Assembly (NCBI RefSeq): GCF_009914755.1
Contig: NC_060931.1
DNA length: 64,000 bases
Source of the DNA: the human T2T-CHM13v2.0 reference genome, Homo sapiens
Reading direction: 5' to 3' (one strand)
The notes beneath the pieces are model-generated. The model did not search any database and was not told where the DNA came from. It saw only the letters and a program-made list of their open reading frames with translations. A program made the translations under genes and the position numbers. Every line of letters begins with the position of its first letter. The first letter of the stretch is position 1. Below, piece by piece: positions 61,636 through 64,000 of this stretch.

Positions 61636-62539
61636 CTGGGTCGACTATGTCAGAGGGAAGACTGGGACTCAAGGGCTGCTGTTTAGATTCTTTTCTCCCA
61701 TGGGGTGCTCCCTTGATGTGGTGCTCTTCCCTTTTTCTTAGGCATGTGGCTTGAGAGAGACAAACTGTAGTGATTGTTTTTGCTCTTCTGGATCTAGCCA
61801 CCCAGCAGTGCTACAGGGATAGTAGTGGGGAGTGTCTGCAAAGAGTCCCATTATGTGATCCGTCTTCAGATTCCTCATCCGTGGATGCCAGAACCTACAC
61901 TAGTGGAGGTAGCTAGGGAGTGAAGTAGACTTTGTGAGGGTCCTTGGTTGTATTTTTGTTAAGTGCGCTGGTTTTGTGTTGGTTGGCCTCCAGCCAGGAA
62001 TTTGCACTGTCAAGACCACATCAGCTATGATTGTATAGGGAGAAGACAAGCTTGCTTGAGGGTTGTCTTTGGATAAGTATTCAGGTTTCTCAGATGGTGG
62101 GCAGGGCCATAAAGCTCCCAAGAGATTATGTCCTTAGGAGTGTCTGAGCTCCTACATGCCTAACCCTGCCCCTACCTGATTATTATTTTATTGCAACTTT
62201 TCACTAACACGGTTACTAATAAGCCTGTTGTATGTAACACATGATACTGGAAAATGTATACTTAGGCACATAATCTAGAGGAAATTTGGAAACATTCATT
62301 AAAAGCCTCAAGTATTTTTAAATGACTTACTCCACAATGTCACTTACAGAAATGTATTTTAAAATAAGGGACATATATCAAAAAAAGAAACCCATTAAAA
62401 TATTAATACTTAAAGTATTAAAGAAAAAGCAACAGACATTTAAATGCTTATGCAAATTTGACAAGGCTCATTAAAATGATAAGATCATATTATTACGTAT
62501 GAATGCTGTGTTTATATGTGCTTATGACCTATTGTCAAC

Positions 62540-62774
62540 TTTTTTCTTTTTTTTTTTTTGAAACAGGGTCTCATTCCATCATGTAGGCTGGAGTGCAGTG
62601 GCTAATGACTCAGTCGTGGCTTACTGCAGCCTTCACCTCTTAGGCACATGCAGTCCTCCCACCTCAGCCTCACCATGTTGCCTAGGCTGGTCTTGAACTT
62701 CTGGGTTCAAGTGATCCTCCCACCTCAGCCTCCCAAAGTGCTGGGATTATAGGCATGAGCCACCAAGTCTAGTC
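62540..62774 (-). mobile_element. AluJ with internal deletion
   Basis: 'cactgcagcc'-type J diagnostics; 'cctcagcctc' joined directly to 'accatgttgcc'. Confidence 0.85.
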
Positions 62775-63660
62775 TATTTTTTTAAGTATATAATAGACTT
62801 AAATATGCATAGGTAATAAATATTTTAACTTTATGTTTACTCTTTCTTTTAATCACTTAAATAAATATTCAATCGTAAACCAAGTACTTTAGACAGCCAG
62901 TCTCCTCATTGTTATTTCAGAACTTTTCCAAAGGGGTATCGCTTCCATCTCCACAATCCATTTCTCTCGTCTGGCTCTCAGCATGATTCTGAGTGCCACT
63001 TTATGTTCTCGCTGTACTTGGCTCCAAGTGCTGAACAATTCTTTTCCCCTTCATTCATGAAGGTGTTTATAACTGGGCTGTTGTATGAACAAACATTCAG
63101 GCTTACTAGAAAGGGACTACAGGATAATGTAAAATAGGAAAGATTTTTTATTTGAAGATCAGTCACCCTAAATCTCCTTGGCAGGTAACGTTAACAGAGA
63201 TTCACCATTTGCTGTACTTCTCTTAACGTCTTATTTGCTGCATATTCCATGGTGCCGTCCCTTTCCACTGTGCATAATGACGCTCAGGCTGACAGTTCAA
63301 AACTCCAAAGTTTTCTATCCTTTAAAGTATACATAAATCTGTTCATTAACCTGTAACAAGAGTGGGCCTAATACATAACCTTGCTTATACAAGAAGTTCG
63401 CTGACAAGTCACTCTAAACACATTAGTAATAGATGGCTGCCACCACTTATATTAGGACTATTCTAATACTTTTTAGACTATAGTAAAGTGTTTTATATTT
63501 ATTCCTACATTGTGTGCAACAAAATGACTAGGACATCATATATCGATATACTATATAAATTACAAGTAATTTTCCGCCATATTTTATGTTTTTTGAGAAT
63601 TGTTCTTTAGGTTATATAATTTTTATAATTATAAATGAAGATAAATAATTACTACATTAA

Positions 63661-63708
63661 GAAGAAAGGAAAATAAGAAGAAAAAAGAAAGGAAGGAAGG
63701 AAGGAAAG
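63661..63708. repeat. GA-rich tract with short (GGAA)n
   Basis: Directly visible. Confidence 0.8.
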
Positions 63709-64000
63709 AGGTTAGTTACTAGAAAATAGCCTGTGCTGAAAACTTGACCCAGGTCAGAGTATGGTGGACTTGTTTTGATTCTGAAATCATATTCTAGAAT
63801 GTTTAAGTCATGAGTACAAAGTAAAATCATAAAAAAAAGAAAAGCAGGAGAAATCTTAAGAGTAACTTTTGTTCTGTCTTAATCTGGCATTACCTGGCAT
63901 CTTTCTCTCAACTTTCCACAAATAGTTGTAAAGTTATATTCTTAAACACACACTGGCACTATGCTGAAAACCAGAGGCAGGGAACATAATTGATAGCAAA

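Overview
Primate genomic DNA (Alu J/S/Y present, so probably human or another catarrhine; species not determinable here). It is AT-rich, CpG-poor and repeat-dense. I find no supportable protein-coding gene, RNA gene or CRISPR array: the listed ORFs are chance ORFs or read through Alu, L1 or LTR sequence. Content: 12 Alus, a ~6 kb decayed L1PB1-like element with a 5' inversion and TSD, several older L1M pieces, ~16 ERV/MaLR LTRs, MER2/MER53 DNA-transposon relics, and MIR/L2/L3 fragments. Subfamily names come from recalled consensus sequences and need RepeatMasker/Dfam confirmation. LTRs and Alus lie mostly on the minus strand, compatible with an intron of a + strand transcript. I see no evidence of a new biological system. 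The best signals are fossil rearrangements: a ~1.2 kb inversion with a ~270 bp inverted duplication that splits one L1 (16.27-18.86 kb), and a cluster of fold-back/templated copies at 32.26-33.09 kb that includes a 48 bp-arm hairpin.
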